A stretch of 25,283 nucleotides of DNA, from positions 1-25,283 of IMG/VR virus record IMGVR_UViG_3300025543_000191. The stretch is one strand, 5' to 3'. The notes under the pieces were generated by a model. It saw only the letters and a program-made list of their open reading frames with translations, had not been told where the DNA came from and did not search any database. The DNA is from a virus (Duplodnaviria; Caudoviricetes). Both the position numbers and the translations under genes were made by a program. This document shows, piece by piece, positions 1 to 6,556 of this stretch. Every line of letters begins with the position of its first letter. Position 1 is the first letter of the stretch.

Positions 1-1
1 A

Positions 2-151
2 ATGAATAGAAGTACAGAAGAATTATTAAATGAAATTATAGAAGTGTGTGTAACAAATTCTGAAATAGATTGGTCTGATAAAAACCCAGGGGCTGAATTT
101 GTTTACATTATGGATTTAATAGAAGTTTTTAAAAATAGATATAAGTCTTAA
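2..151 (+). CDS. small hypothetical protein (49 aa; may extend beyond the window edge)
   Basis: Manual translation: ATG at 2 to TAA at 149-151, MNRSTEELLNEIIEVCVTNSEIDWSDKNPGAEFVYIMDLIEVFKNRYKS. Confidence 0.55.
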   Translation: MNRSTEELLNEIIEVCVTNSEIDWSDKNPGAEFVYIMDLIEVFKNRYKS

Positions 152-154
152 TTT

Positions 155-218
155 TTACGAGGGGTTCAGTTTCCGTATTACTTAACAAGGTTATACTTCG
201 TAAGCCAACCCCTCATAA
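155..218. other. structured intergenic element (long stem enclosing inner pairings), candidate ncRNA or regulatory structure
   Basis: GAGGGGTT (159-166) and AACCCCTC (207-214) form a perfect inverted repeat, extendable to 12 bp with a G-U pair on the minus strand; inner GTAT/ATAC and AAC/GTT pairings. Confidence 0.45.
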
Positions 219-277
219 TGAAACACTACAAATAGTAGTTGAACTATACGCCAATGTACGATAAAAGTCAAATTATT

Positions 278-775
278 ATGGGAGTACCCGCAAAACTTAC
301 AGAAAAACAAATCAAATTCGCAGAGTTGTTAGTTTACAACGAGGGCAGAATGTCGCCTGCAGAATGCGCATTTGAAGCAGGATACAAGACAAGACCAAGA
401 CAGGCGGCGAGCGAGCTCCGTAGTCCTAAATACTCACCATTAGTTGTAAGATATATAAATGAGTTACGAGCAGAGGTTCAAGAAAAATACGGAATTACTT
501 TTCAAAAACATTTAGGTGAACTAGCGAAGTTAAGAGATGAGGCGCAGAAAAAAGGGGCCTGGAGTGCTGCGATTAATGCAGAGATAGCAAGGGGAAAGGC
601 CGGAGGATTATATGTTGATCAAAAATTAGTAATGACTGGTAATTTAGATCAATTAAGTGAAGAAGAATTACAATCTAAAATGAAACAAATTTTAGAAGAT
701 CACAAGAATATAATTAATATTACTGCGGAAGAAGATTCTGTTGATGCAGAAGAAATAATAACAAAAGAAGAATAA
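278..775 (+). CDS. terS: terminase small subunit
   Basis: N-terminal LTEKQIKFAE..CAFEAGY..AASEL HTH typical of TerS, followed by a helical oligomerisation segment (AAINAEIARGKAGGLY). ATG at 278 (MGVPAKL) is preferred over TTG at 239. Confidence 0.8.
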   Translation: MGVPAKLTEKQIKFAELLVYNEGRMSPAECAFEAGYKTRPRQAASELRSPKYSPLVVRYINELRAEVQEKYGITFQKHLGELAKLRDEAQKKGAWSAAINAEIARGKAGGLYVDQKLVMTGNLDQLSEEELQSKMKQILEDHKNIINITAEEDSVDAEEIITKEE

Positions 776-872
776 TAAATATAGATAATCCTTGTGCTTG
801 ATTGAAAGGATTATATATTTTGAACCAAATAAAATTAAGTTTATTTAATATTAATTTTAAAAATTGTATCAT
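720..872 (-). CDS. putative small membrane protein (50 aa), 3' end overlapping terS in antisense
   Basis: MIQFLKLILNKLNFIWFKIYNPFNQAQGLSIFIILLLLLFLLHQQNLLPQ; ATGA overlap with the stop of the upstream ORF; hydrophobic stretch. Confidence 0.4.
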   Translation of the reverse strand: MIQFLKLILNKLNFIWFKIYNPFNQAQGLSIFIILLLLLFLLHQQNLLPQ

Positions 873-1009
873 TTAGTTTCCTTTTTCTTTAGAGATAAAA
901 TAGTTTTAAATCTCTTTGGTTGCAGACCTTGTGAGTCTGGGCCTTTGGTAGGCGGTAACTGATTCCATTTTACGTTAGGCATATTTTTCGTTAACGTAGT
1001 ATTTTTCAT
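869..1009 (-). CDS. small hypothetical phage protein (46 aa, PPxKGPxSQG motif)
   Basis: MKNTTLTKNMPNVKWNQLPPTKGPDSQGLQPKRFKTILSLKKKETK; ATGA-coupled at both ends (1006-1009 and 869-872). Confidence 0.65.
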   Translation of the reverse strand: MKNTTLTKNMPNVKWNQLPPTKGPDSQGLQPKRFKTILSLKKKETK

Positions 1010-1296
1010 ATGTTTATTTTTTCTAACTTAATAACACATCCAGTTGGATATACATTCCTATCACTAAATGCTTCTTCCTTACTATCATAACTTGCAAAAC
1101 TTCTAATACAAGTTTTATCTTTGCTAAAGATATAACCATAACTAACCATGACTGCAGGATTCAATTTCATAAATTCTTCAGAGTTTGCATGTCCAGAATC
1201 ACCAACGATATCAAGCCAGGTTATTTTATAGAAGTAATATCTTTTCTTGCTTATCAATAAGGATTGATATTTAGATTTTTTATTTTTGCCAGGCAT
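1006..1296 (-). CDS. hypothetical phage protein (WxD..GDSG motif)
   Basis: ORF track 1006..1353; more plausible ATG at 1296 (MPGKNKK); YKITWLDIVGDSGH...GYIFSKD...RSFASYD. Confidence 0.7.
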   Translation of the reverse strand: MPGKNKKSKYQSLLISKKRYYFYKITWLDIVGDSGHANSEEFMKLNPAVMVSYGYIFSKDKTCIRSFASYDSKEEAFSDRNVYPTGCVIKLEKINI

Positions 1297-1320
1297 TTCA
1301 GTTTCTAACACATAAGGAGG

Positions 1321-1700
1321 ATTTTGACCCCTATAAAGTTTTTTAAAAAACAAAAAAGGTCGCGCGCGCAGAGTACGGAGAAATGGCTATTTCATTGACT
1401 TTTTTAACATATTGATTTCTTGCCAACACGAAAAATCAAAAAAGCTAATAATACCAACAGATTTGCCAGACCTTGCCACTGCAAAATGACTGCTCTGGCA
1501 AGCTTTTTTTGTTTAATACCAACACTTATAATCGATTTTTAAGACATTTGCCACTCTGCCAGCCTAAAAAATTTTTTTTTTAAAAAAAAAACATGACCCC
1601 TAACTTCCACTTATACCTGGCAACGATAGTAAACAAATGTTTACTATAATAAATAAAAGATAATGAAATCAACGCTCCGCGCTCCCCGCTCCATTTTCAA
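1321..1700. repeat. non-coding repeat cluster, putative replication origin or packaging region
   Basis: TTGCCA at 1420, 1463, 1473, 1548; CTGCCA at 1556; inverted TGGCAA at 1496 and 1618; TAATACCAACA twice; GACCCCTA at 1326 and 1595; pure A/T tract 1565-1591; CGCTCC x3 with a 7-nt period at 1673-1692. Confidence 0.6.
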
Positions 1701-1713
1701 CATAACATTTTAC

Positions 1714-1742
1714 TTGTCACCCGACCGCGGAACGCGTATCGT
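1714..1742 (+). promoter_or_regulatory. putative sigma70 promoter for the acidic peptide gene
   Basis: TTGTCA (1714-1719), 17 nt, TATCGT (1737-1742); SD AGGAG at 1764-1768. Confidence 0.5.
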
Positions 1743-1775
1743 TTGACCTCTCAACAACAACATAGGAGCACTATA

Positions 1776-1910
1776 ATGCCAAAGAAAAAAGAAGAAACGA
1801 TCGAGGATATCCTAGATAGAATCGAACAAGACCTTGAAACAATCAGAGATAAAGCTTGCGAGGAGCAAGAAGATTGGGACGATGAGGCAGAAGACGAAGA
1901 CGACGAGTAA
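1776..1910 (+). CDS. small highly acidic protein (44 aa, 50% Asp/Glu)
   Basis: MPKKKEETIEDILDRIEQDLETIRDKACEEQEDWDDEAEDEDDE; AGGAG 7 nt before the ATG; own promoter and terminator. Confidence 0.8.
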   Translation: MPKKKEETIEDILDRIEQDLETIRDKACEEQEDWDDEAEDEDDE

Positions 1911-1923
1911 TTCATCAAAAATT

Positions 1924-1958
1924 AAGGGGTCTTTGCCTCAACAAAGGCCCCTTTTAAT
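1924..1958 (+). terminator. intrinsic terminator between convergent genes
   Basis: AAGGGGTCTTTG-CCTCAA-CAAAGGCCCCTT followed by TTAAT; the G-U pair favours the + strand. Confidence 0.8.
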
Positions 1959-1960
1959 CC

Positions 1961-2194
1961 CTACTTCCTACCGTTAAATGTGTGTGATTTCCACCTTTTT
2001 AAATTTTCAGATTTTAATACAACCCTAGCAGGCTCCGGACTACCTATGATTTGATTTTGTTGTAGTTCTATTTTTCTCACCTCTTCCAGGTGACCGTCTA
2101 ATGTTTCAATATAAATAGGACAATCCGATATAATCGTTCCTTTTTCATTATCGGTAAACTTTCCCAAAACGGACTGTAAATCTCTTAATCGCAT
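1961..2194 (-). CDS. hypothetical phage protein (77 aa)
   Basis: ORF track; AAGGAG SD upstream of the ATG. Confidence 0.75.
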   Translation of the reverse strand: MRLRDLQSVLGKFTDNEKGTIISDCPIYIETLDGHLEEVRKIELQQNQIIGSPEPARVVLKSENLKRWKSHTFNGRK

Positions 2195-2340
2195 GACTTC
2201 TCCTTTTCTTTTATAATTTCATTGGCAATGATTGTAACTTTTTCATACCATTTTTTCTCCCACATCTGTTTGATCTCCTCGTTTTCAGCATTGGTAAATG
2301 CTTTATATAAGTTACTCAACTCGTGCATTAGTTGTTTCAT
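2185..2340 (-). CDS. small hypothetical phage protein (51 aa)
   Basis: MKQLMHELSNLYKAFTNAENEEIKQMWEKKWYEKVTIIANEIIKEKEKSCD; AAGGAG 6 nt upstream; fills the gap between two genes. Confidence 0.7.
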   Translation of the reverse strand: MKQLMHELSNLYKAFTNAENEEIKQMWEKKWYEKVTIIANEIIKEKEKSCD

Positions 2341-2872
2341 GTTTTGCTCCTTTCTTTAAGTTATCTATAGCCCACAATGGTTGTAGATTAGTGTAATGAA
2401 AACATATGGCTTGTTGTTTTGGGTCCGTTAAATCAAAACTAGCACATGGTCTAATATGATCAATATGAATTAAATGACGTTTTTTCCAACTCATACCTGG
2501 TAAAAATTTACTTTCAATATATTTAACTAATCCTTCTACTGAAATACCTATTAATTTTTTTGTTTTATTAGATTTTTTAACCGTTCCTTTTAAAGCATGA
2601 TTTATTCTTGTTCTAACATTTACCAAAAGTCTCCAAGCCATATCCTTTTTTCTTCTATTTCTGTAATATTTATTCATTGTAATTTTAATTTTTTCTTTAT
2701 TTTTTAATCTATATAACTTAACTCTTTTATTTTCTTTTTCTTTATTTTTTAAATAATATTTTTTACAATAAATACGTGATTTTTCTAACCATAATTGGTA
2801 ATTTTCTTTTTTTCTTTTTAAATAATTTTTTCTTACATTTTCTTTTTGTTTAATAGAGTTTTTATACGGCAT
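2312..2872 (-). CDS. HNH homing endonuclease (free-standing)
   Basis: Lys/Tyr-rich N-terminus and C-terminal HIDHIRPCASFDL..CFHYTNLQPLWAIDNLKKG HNH motif; start likely ATG at 2872 (MPYKN). Confidence 0.85.
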   Translation of the reverse strand: MPYKNSIKQKENVRKNYLKRKKENYQLWLEKSRIYCKKYYLKNKEKENKRVKLYRLKNKEKIKITMNKYYRNRRKKDMAWRLLVNVRTRINHALKGTVKKSNKTKKLIGISVEGLVKYIESKFLPGMSWKKRHLIHIDHIRPCASFDLTDPKQQAICFHYTNLQPLWAIDNLKKGAKHETTNARVE

Positions 2873-3566
2873 TATTGTCAAGAGCCCCTTCATCTTGCAT
2901 TTTATAATATTGAGCTACCTTTCGTAAAAATTCATGTTTATATTTTTGTAACTCGGCTCCCTCTATCACAAACTCTTGATAATAATTATCTTTACTACAC
3001 ATCATAATCACACCTTTGGTGATAGAAGTTTTATAAATAAAATTATGCGCCATGGCATACCCTGCTAATTGCAAACAATAATCTTCAATCCATTCTCTCT
3101 TTTTTGGTTTATTGGTTTGTTTAAAATCGATAATAGCGTCCTGTCCTTTATGCACTCCCACCATATCGGTAGCACCTGCGTATAGTCCTGGATAATATAA
3201 CGTTGCTTCGAGTCCATAATACTCGGTGACATTCGACAATCCATTTTGAATTACTTGAATAGCCATGTTGTGTGCATTCAATCCGGTCGGAGTTAAATCT
3301 AAATAACCTTGGCCCTGAATATATTCTTCTAAAATTTTATGCATCGCTGTCCCCCTGGTCGCAGCATCATCCACGATCCGCGTTGCTTGGTTCTCTCCTA
3401 CTCTGGCACGCCACGCTGCTAATGAAGCTTGCTTCTCTTCAGATTGCGTTGCAGATAGTATCGTAGTAACCGACGGTAATTTTTGTGCTTTGATATCATA
3501 GTGTCGCTTTCCATTGATAATTTCTCGTTGTGATTTAGGGTAGATAAATTTTTTATTCCATTTCAT
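2862..3566 (-). CDS. PD-(D/E)XK exonuclease (MGME1/lambda-exo-like phage exonuclease)
   Basis: LPSVTTIL, RGTAMH..LE, E..LY..YAGATD, IIDFKQ and QL.GYA motifs. Confidence 0.85.
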   Translation of the reverse strand: MKWNKKFIYPKSQREIINGKRHYDIKAQKLPSVTTILSATQSEEKQASLAAWRARVGENQATRIVDDAATRGTAMHKILEEYIQGQGYLDLTPTGLNAHNMAIQVIQNGLSNVTEYYGLEATLYYPGLYAGATDMVGVHKGQDAIIDFKQTNKPKKREWIEDYCLQLAGYAMAHNFIYKTSITKGVIMMCSKDNYYQEFVIEGAELQKYKHEFLRKVAQYYKMQDEGALDNNAV

Positions 3567-4287
3567 AGTTTAACTTCGCTCCTTTTTTTATATTCTCTAT
3601 GGGATAGAGGGGTTGTAAATTAGTGTAATGAAAACATTTTTTTTGTTCCGATAATTTAGTTAGATCAAAACTGGCACAAGGTATGATGTGATCAATATGA
3701 AACGAATCTCTTTGTTCCCAACTCATTCCTGGTTTAAATTGTTTTTCTATATGTTGTTTTAATTGTTCAGCGGTGCAACCTACTAATTTCATAGTTCCTT
3801 TTGTTTTTTTTCCATTATCTTTTTTTAATGCAGTTCTAATTCTTCTACGCATATTATCTTTTATTTTAAAATGTAAAGTATTTCTATATACTTTGTTGTA
3901 CATTTTAATTCTTTCTTTAACTTTTTTTCTATTTTTATAATACCATTCTCTTATTTTTCTATTAATTTCTTCTTTATTTTCTTTTCTATATTTTGCGCAA
4001 TATGCAAGTATTTTTTCTTTGTTTTTTATTGCATATTTTCTATTACTTTCTTTTATTTTTTCTTTATTTTTAGGATCTGCATAATATTTTTTGATATATT
4101 CTCTGTTTTTTATTTTTAATCGTTCTTTATTCTTTTCCCAATATCGTTTGTTGTATTCTTTTATTTTTTCTTTATTGTTAGGATTTGCACGAAATCTTTT
4201 GCCTCGTTCTCTGTTTTTTATTTTTAATCGTTCTTTATTCTTTTCCCAATATCGTTTGTTGTATTCTTTTTTTTCCGATGAGCTCAT
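3553..4287 (-). CDS. HNH homing endonuclease with N-terminal tandem repeat
   Basis: HIDHIIPCASFDL..CFHYTNLQPLYPIENIKKG; paralog of 2312..2872. Confidence 0.85.
   Translation of the reverse strand: MSSSEKKEYNKRYWEKNKERLKIKNRERGKRFRANPNNKEKIKEYNKRYWEKNKERLKIKNREYIKKYYADPKNKEKIKESNRKYAIKNKEKILAYCAKYRKENKEEINRKIREWYYKNRKKVKERIKMYNKVYRNTLHFKIKDNMRRRIRTALKKDNGKKTKGTMKLVGCTAEQLKQHIEKQFKPGMSWEQRDSFHIDHIIPCASFDLTKLSEQKKCFHYTNLQPLYPIENIKKGAKLNYEME
4050..4270. repeat. 108-bp (36-codon) tandem duplication inside the HNH gene
   Basis: Identical 64-mers at 4099-4162 and 4207-4270; near-identical segments at 4051-4081 and 4159-4189, same 108-nt offset. Confidence 0.9.
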
Positions 4288-4814
4288 TATAGTTTTTGTA
4301 AATCCTCTATAGAAGTAATTTTATGTAATTTATTATTTTCTATTTCATACAACGGGGCCATAGTAGTAAAGTTAGTGCCGTCCGATCTAGTTCGTACACT
4401 ACCTTTATCAAAAAAGTTTGCTTGTTGTAAAAAAGTTTCTTTAGGTAACCACCCACAAATCTGTGCTACTTTTGTTTTTTTATTGATACTGATAAAAAGT
4501 AAAATATCATTCTTACTATCTTTTTGATAACCAACAAAATTGTGAACATAAAAATCTTTCATATCTACATTTCTTGCCATGGTTTTAATATCTATAGTTT
4601 TATCATTAACAACTATATCCGCGATCACCGATCCGCTATCATAGGTCGGTAAACGATTATAAATAACCTGGTGCAGAATACATTCACCTAGAATACCGGT
4701 GTATTGTTTTTCTTTACTACCATTGAACCCACTACGACGGTTACCAAAATTTTTAATAGATACTTGCTTCCAGGCGTAATCTCTTAACTCATCACTAATA
4801 GGAATATTAATCAT
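4287..4814 (-). CDS. hypothetical protein, possible restriction-endonuclease-like PD-(D/E)XK nuclease
   Basis: GILGE...ADIVVNDKTIDIKT pattern (E..D..D-x-K). Confidence 0.55.
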   Translation of the reverse strand: MINIPISDELRDYAWKQVSIKNFGNRRSGFNGSKEKQYTGILGECILHQVIYNRLPTYDSGSVIADIVVNDKTIDIKTMARNVDMKDFYVHNFVGYQKDSKNDILLFISINKKTKVAQICGWLPKETFLQQANFFDKGSVRTRSDGTNFTTMAPLYEIENNKLHKITSIEDLQKL

Positions 4815-4956
4815 GTTGATAGATTGTCCTTTGCATATGTTTCACCTGTTGTACTTCTTTCTCCATTCGTTTTAATTGTTTTTTATATCTTTTATCTTCA
4901 ATGCGCTTCGCCTTATTAAATTTATTTAAGTGCTTTGCGACTGGATTGGTAGTCAC
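4807..4956 (-). CDS. small basic protein (49 aa, NPVAK motif)
   Basis: GTG start with GGAG upstream; MTTNPVAKHLNKFNKAKRIEDKRYKKQLKRMEKEVQQVKHMQRTIYQHD; stop overlaps the next start. Confidence 0.65.
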   Translation of the reverse strand: MTTNPVAKHLNKFNKAKRIEDKRYKKQLKRMEKEVQQVKHMQRTIYQHD

Positions 4957-5003
4957 GATACAATTTTCTCCAACTTACATTTGATAAGTAACAACCTAGG
5001 TTA

Positions 5004-5102
5004 CTAATTTGATTCCAAAACCATGTTCGTATTACCGTCTTCATCTTGGTAAATAACATAATGTTCCTTTCCGTCCCAATAATAACCTACGATATGTTTC
5101 AT
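5004..5102 (-). CDS. micro-protein (32 aa)
   Basis: MKHIVGYYWDGKEHYVIYQDEDGNTNMVLESN; ATGA-coupled to the upstream gene; GAGG SD. Confidence 0.55.
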   Translation of the reverse strand: MKHIVGYYWDGKEHYVIYQDEDGNTNMVLESN

Positions 5103-5248
5103 ATTTTTTCCTCTTCGTTTGTTTTTAATTCACCCTGGTTATCGCAATGCTTACAATCAATTGCCCACCTATCTTTTTTTGGTTCCGGTGCAGTTACCCA
5201 CACAAAACCATTACCTTTACACTCCGGACAAATAATATTTTGACTCAT
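5099..5248 (-). CDS. small DnaJ-type zinc-finger protein (49 aa)
   Basis: MSQNIICPECKGNGF...IDCKHCDNQGE: CxxCxGxG plus CxxCxxxG; ATGA overlaps at both ends. Confidence 0.75.
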   Translation of the reverse strand: MSQNIICPECKGNGFVWVTAPEPKKDRWAIDCKHCDNQGELKTNEEEKI

Positions 5249-5424
5249 GATTTGCCATTACCATTTTTGTAACCTAATTTTTTTGCCGCTCTAGAAGCAA
5301 GTGCTTCGATTGTTTTACTAATCGTAAGCTGTGCGTCTAAAAACTTTCCATCCGCTAAAAAGTTAAGCTTCTTATAGGTTTCTATAGGTACGGATACTGA
5401 TTTGAATTTATTTGGATCTGCCAT
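5245..5424 (-). CDS. putative ribbon-helix-helix DNA-binding regulator (59 aa)
   Basis: ATG at 5424: MADPNKFKSVSVPIETYKKLNFLA..TISKTIEALA; beta strand (KSVSV) followed by two helices. Confidence 0.6.
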   Translation of the reverse strand: MADPNKFKSVSVPIETYKKLNFLADGKFLDAQLTISKTIEALASRAAKKLGYKNGNGKS

Positions 5425-5466
5425 TTGTTTCTCACTTTCTGTTTTGTTGTTTGTTTTATATGGGAA

Positions 5467-5517
5467 GTTATAACACAAAAACAAGTCCTTGCAACTAATT
5501 AATTTTTAAGGTATAAA
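5467..5517. promoter_or_regulatory. divergent promoter pair sharing a palindromic -35 (TTGCAA)
   Basis: Plus strand: TTGCAA (5489-5494), 17 nt, TATAAA (5512-5517). Minus strand: TTGCAA, 16 nt, TATAAC with extended TG. Confidence 0.55.
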
Positions 5518-5522
5518 GAAAT

Positions 5523-5580
5523 TCTCTTCTCACACCTTTTGTTTGCTCGTCCTGATTTCTTCAGGGCGGGCAGCAATTAT
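5523..5580 (+). ncRNA. candidate small RNA (C/U-rich 5' arm plus 3' hairpin)
   Basis: Lies downstream of the + promoter, has no ORF; 12-bp stem TGCTCGTCCTGA/TCAGGGCGGGCA with two G-U pairs possible only on the + strand. Confidence 0.45.
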
Positions 5581-5702
5581 TAACCTGGGTGACCTTGGCC
5601 GCGTTCTGATCTTTTGGGCCCCTTGTGTTTTTTTGAATGCCTACCAGGCCTTTTGATATTTTTTCTTTGTAAAAAAACTGCGTCTTTACTTTTTTTCGCC
5701 AT
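5580..5702 (-). CDS. small basic peptide (40 aa, RPGRHSK...RGQG)
   Basis: MAKKSKDAVFLQRKNIKRPGRHSKKHKGPKRSERGQGHPG; AGGAG upstream; overlaps the upstream gene end. Confidence 0.65.
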   Translation of the reverse strand: MAKKSKDAVFLQRKNIKRPGRHSKKHKGPKRSERGQGHPG

Positions 5703-5928
5703 GTAATTTTAGATCTCCTATTTTTATATTTAAAGGTAAATATTTAATAGAACCATTTATATATTGTTCTGTATCCTCTCCGCAAGTTCCACAACGATAA
5801 TAATTTTTAATAATAGATATTAAAACAGTATTTTCTTTACAGTAAGGACAAACACCTTTAGCAACATCTACTTCAAATCCAAAAATATTTTCTTCTTCTT
5901 TTATTTTAGTTTTCTTTTTACGTTTCAT
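5686..5928 (-). CDS. zinc-ribbon protein
   Basis: CPYC...YRCGTC; likely start MKRKKK at 5928. Confidence 0.7.
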   Translation of the reverse strand: MKRKKKTKIKEEENIFGFEVDVAKGVCPYCKENTVLISIIKNYYRCGTCGEDTEQYINGSIKYLPLNIKIGDLKLHGEKK

Positions 5929-6556
5929 TAATATCATAGAACATAACATCACTATCCTCTGTTATCCAACCTTTGTTTTCTACGTTCCAGACTGTAGTTT
6001 GGACTTTATAATCTGGAATGGTACTAGAAGTAGTATAATGAGGAATGTTCCACAAAATACGATTATTAGGCATAGCTGCATAATTACCGTTATGAAGAGC
6101 CAAAACATGTGCACACTTGTGCTCTTGAGGTACTTCGCTATGATCTGTATCCAAGATATTACTTTCAGGCGATGCCCAATCAACAGTAAAGCAATATTCA
6201 GCTTCAAGAAACTTTTTACTTTTGTCCAAGAATTTTCCACGTTGTCCCCCTAAAAAATCAAAAGTAGTAATAGCAGGATAATAACTAAAACAATTCCACA
6301 ATTGTAACGAGTCAATTGACATATCGGGCACTTCGGATCTAGAAAAACGTTTTTGGAAAAACGCGCTGATAGGCAATCGATAGTAGACCGCACCGTTCGG
6401 GAGTAGGATGTGAAATAATAAGGCACGCCCTGTAATGCTTGCCAAACCAAAAATAACACACTCTTCACTTTCACCATGATGTTGTTTAAAGTCATAAAGA
6501 TATTCCTTCCTTACATTGCAGTAGATAGGTGGGATATTTGCATTGAGATAAGACAT
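5918..6556 (-). CDS. hypothetical phage protein (212 aa)
   Basis: ORF track; TAATG-coupled to polA; MSYLNANIP...HKCAHV...PNNR. Confidence 0.8.
   Translation of the reverse strand: MSYLNANIPPIYCNVRKEYLYDFKQHHGESEECVIFGLASITGRALLFHILLPNGAVYYRLPISAFFQKRFSRSEVPDMSIDSLQLWNCFSYYPAITTFDFLGGQRGKFLDKSKKFLEAEYCFTVDWASPESNILDTDHSEVPQEHKCAHVLALHNGNYAAMPNNRILWNIPHYTTSSTIPDYKVQTTVWNVENKGWITEDSDVMFYDINET

Noticed and set aside
159-214. Hammerhead ribozyme or tRNA interpretation of the structured element
   Set aside because: Minus-strand CTTACGA..GAAAC deviates from the CUGANGA core and lacks a stem III; no cloverleaf or T-loop
4099-4270. Direct repeats as a possible CRISPR array
   Set aside because: Only two 64-nt copies, in frame inside a coding sequence, with no cas genes
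2312-4287. Group I intron around the HNH genes
   Set aside because: Flanking genes are intact and directly overlap the HNH ORFs, leaving no room for an intron core
4091-4312. + strand Phe/Leu-rich repeat ORF
   Set aside because: Antisense shadow of the Lys/Glu-rich HNH repeat
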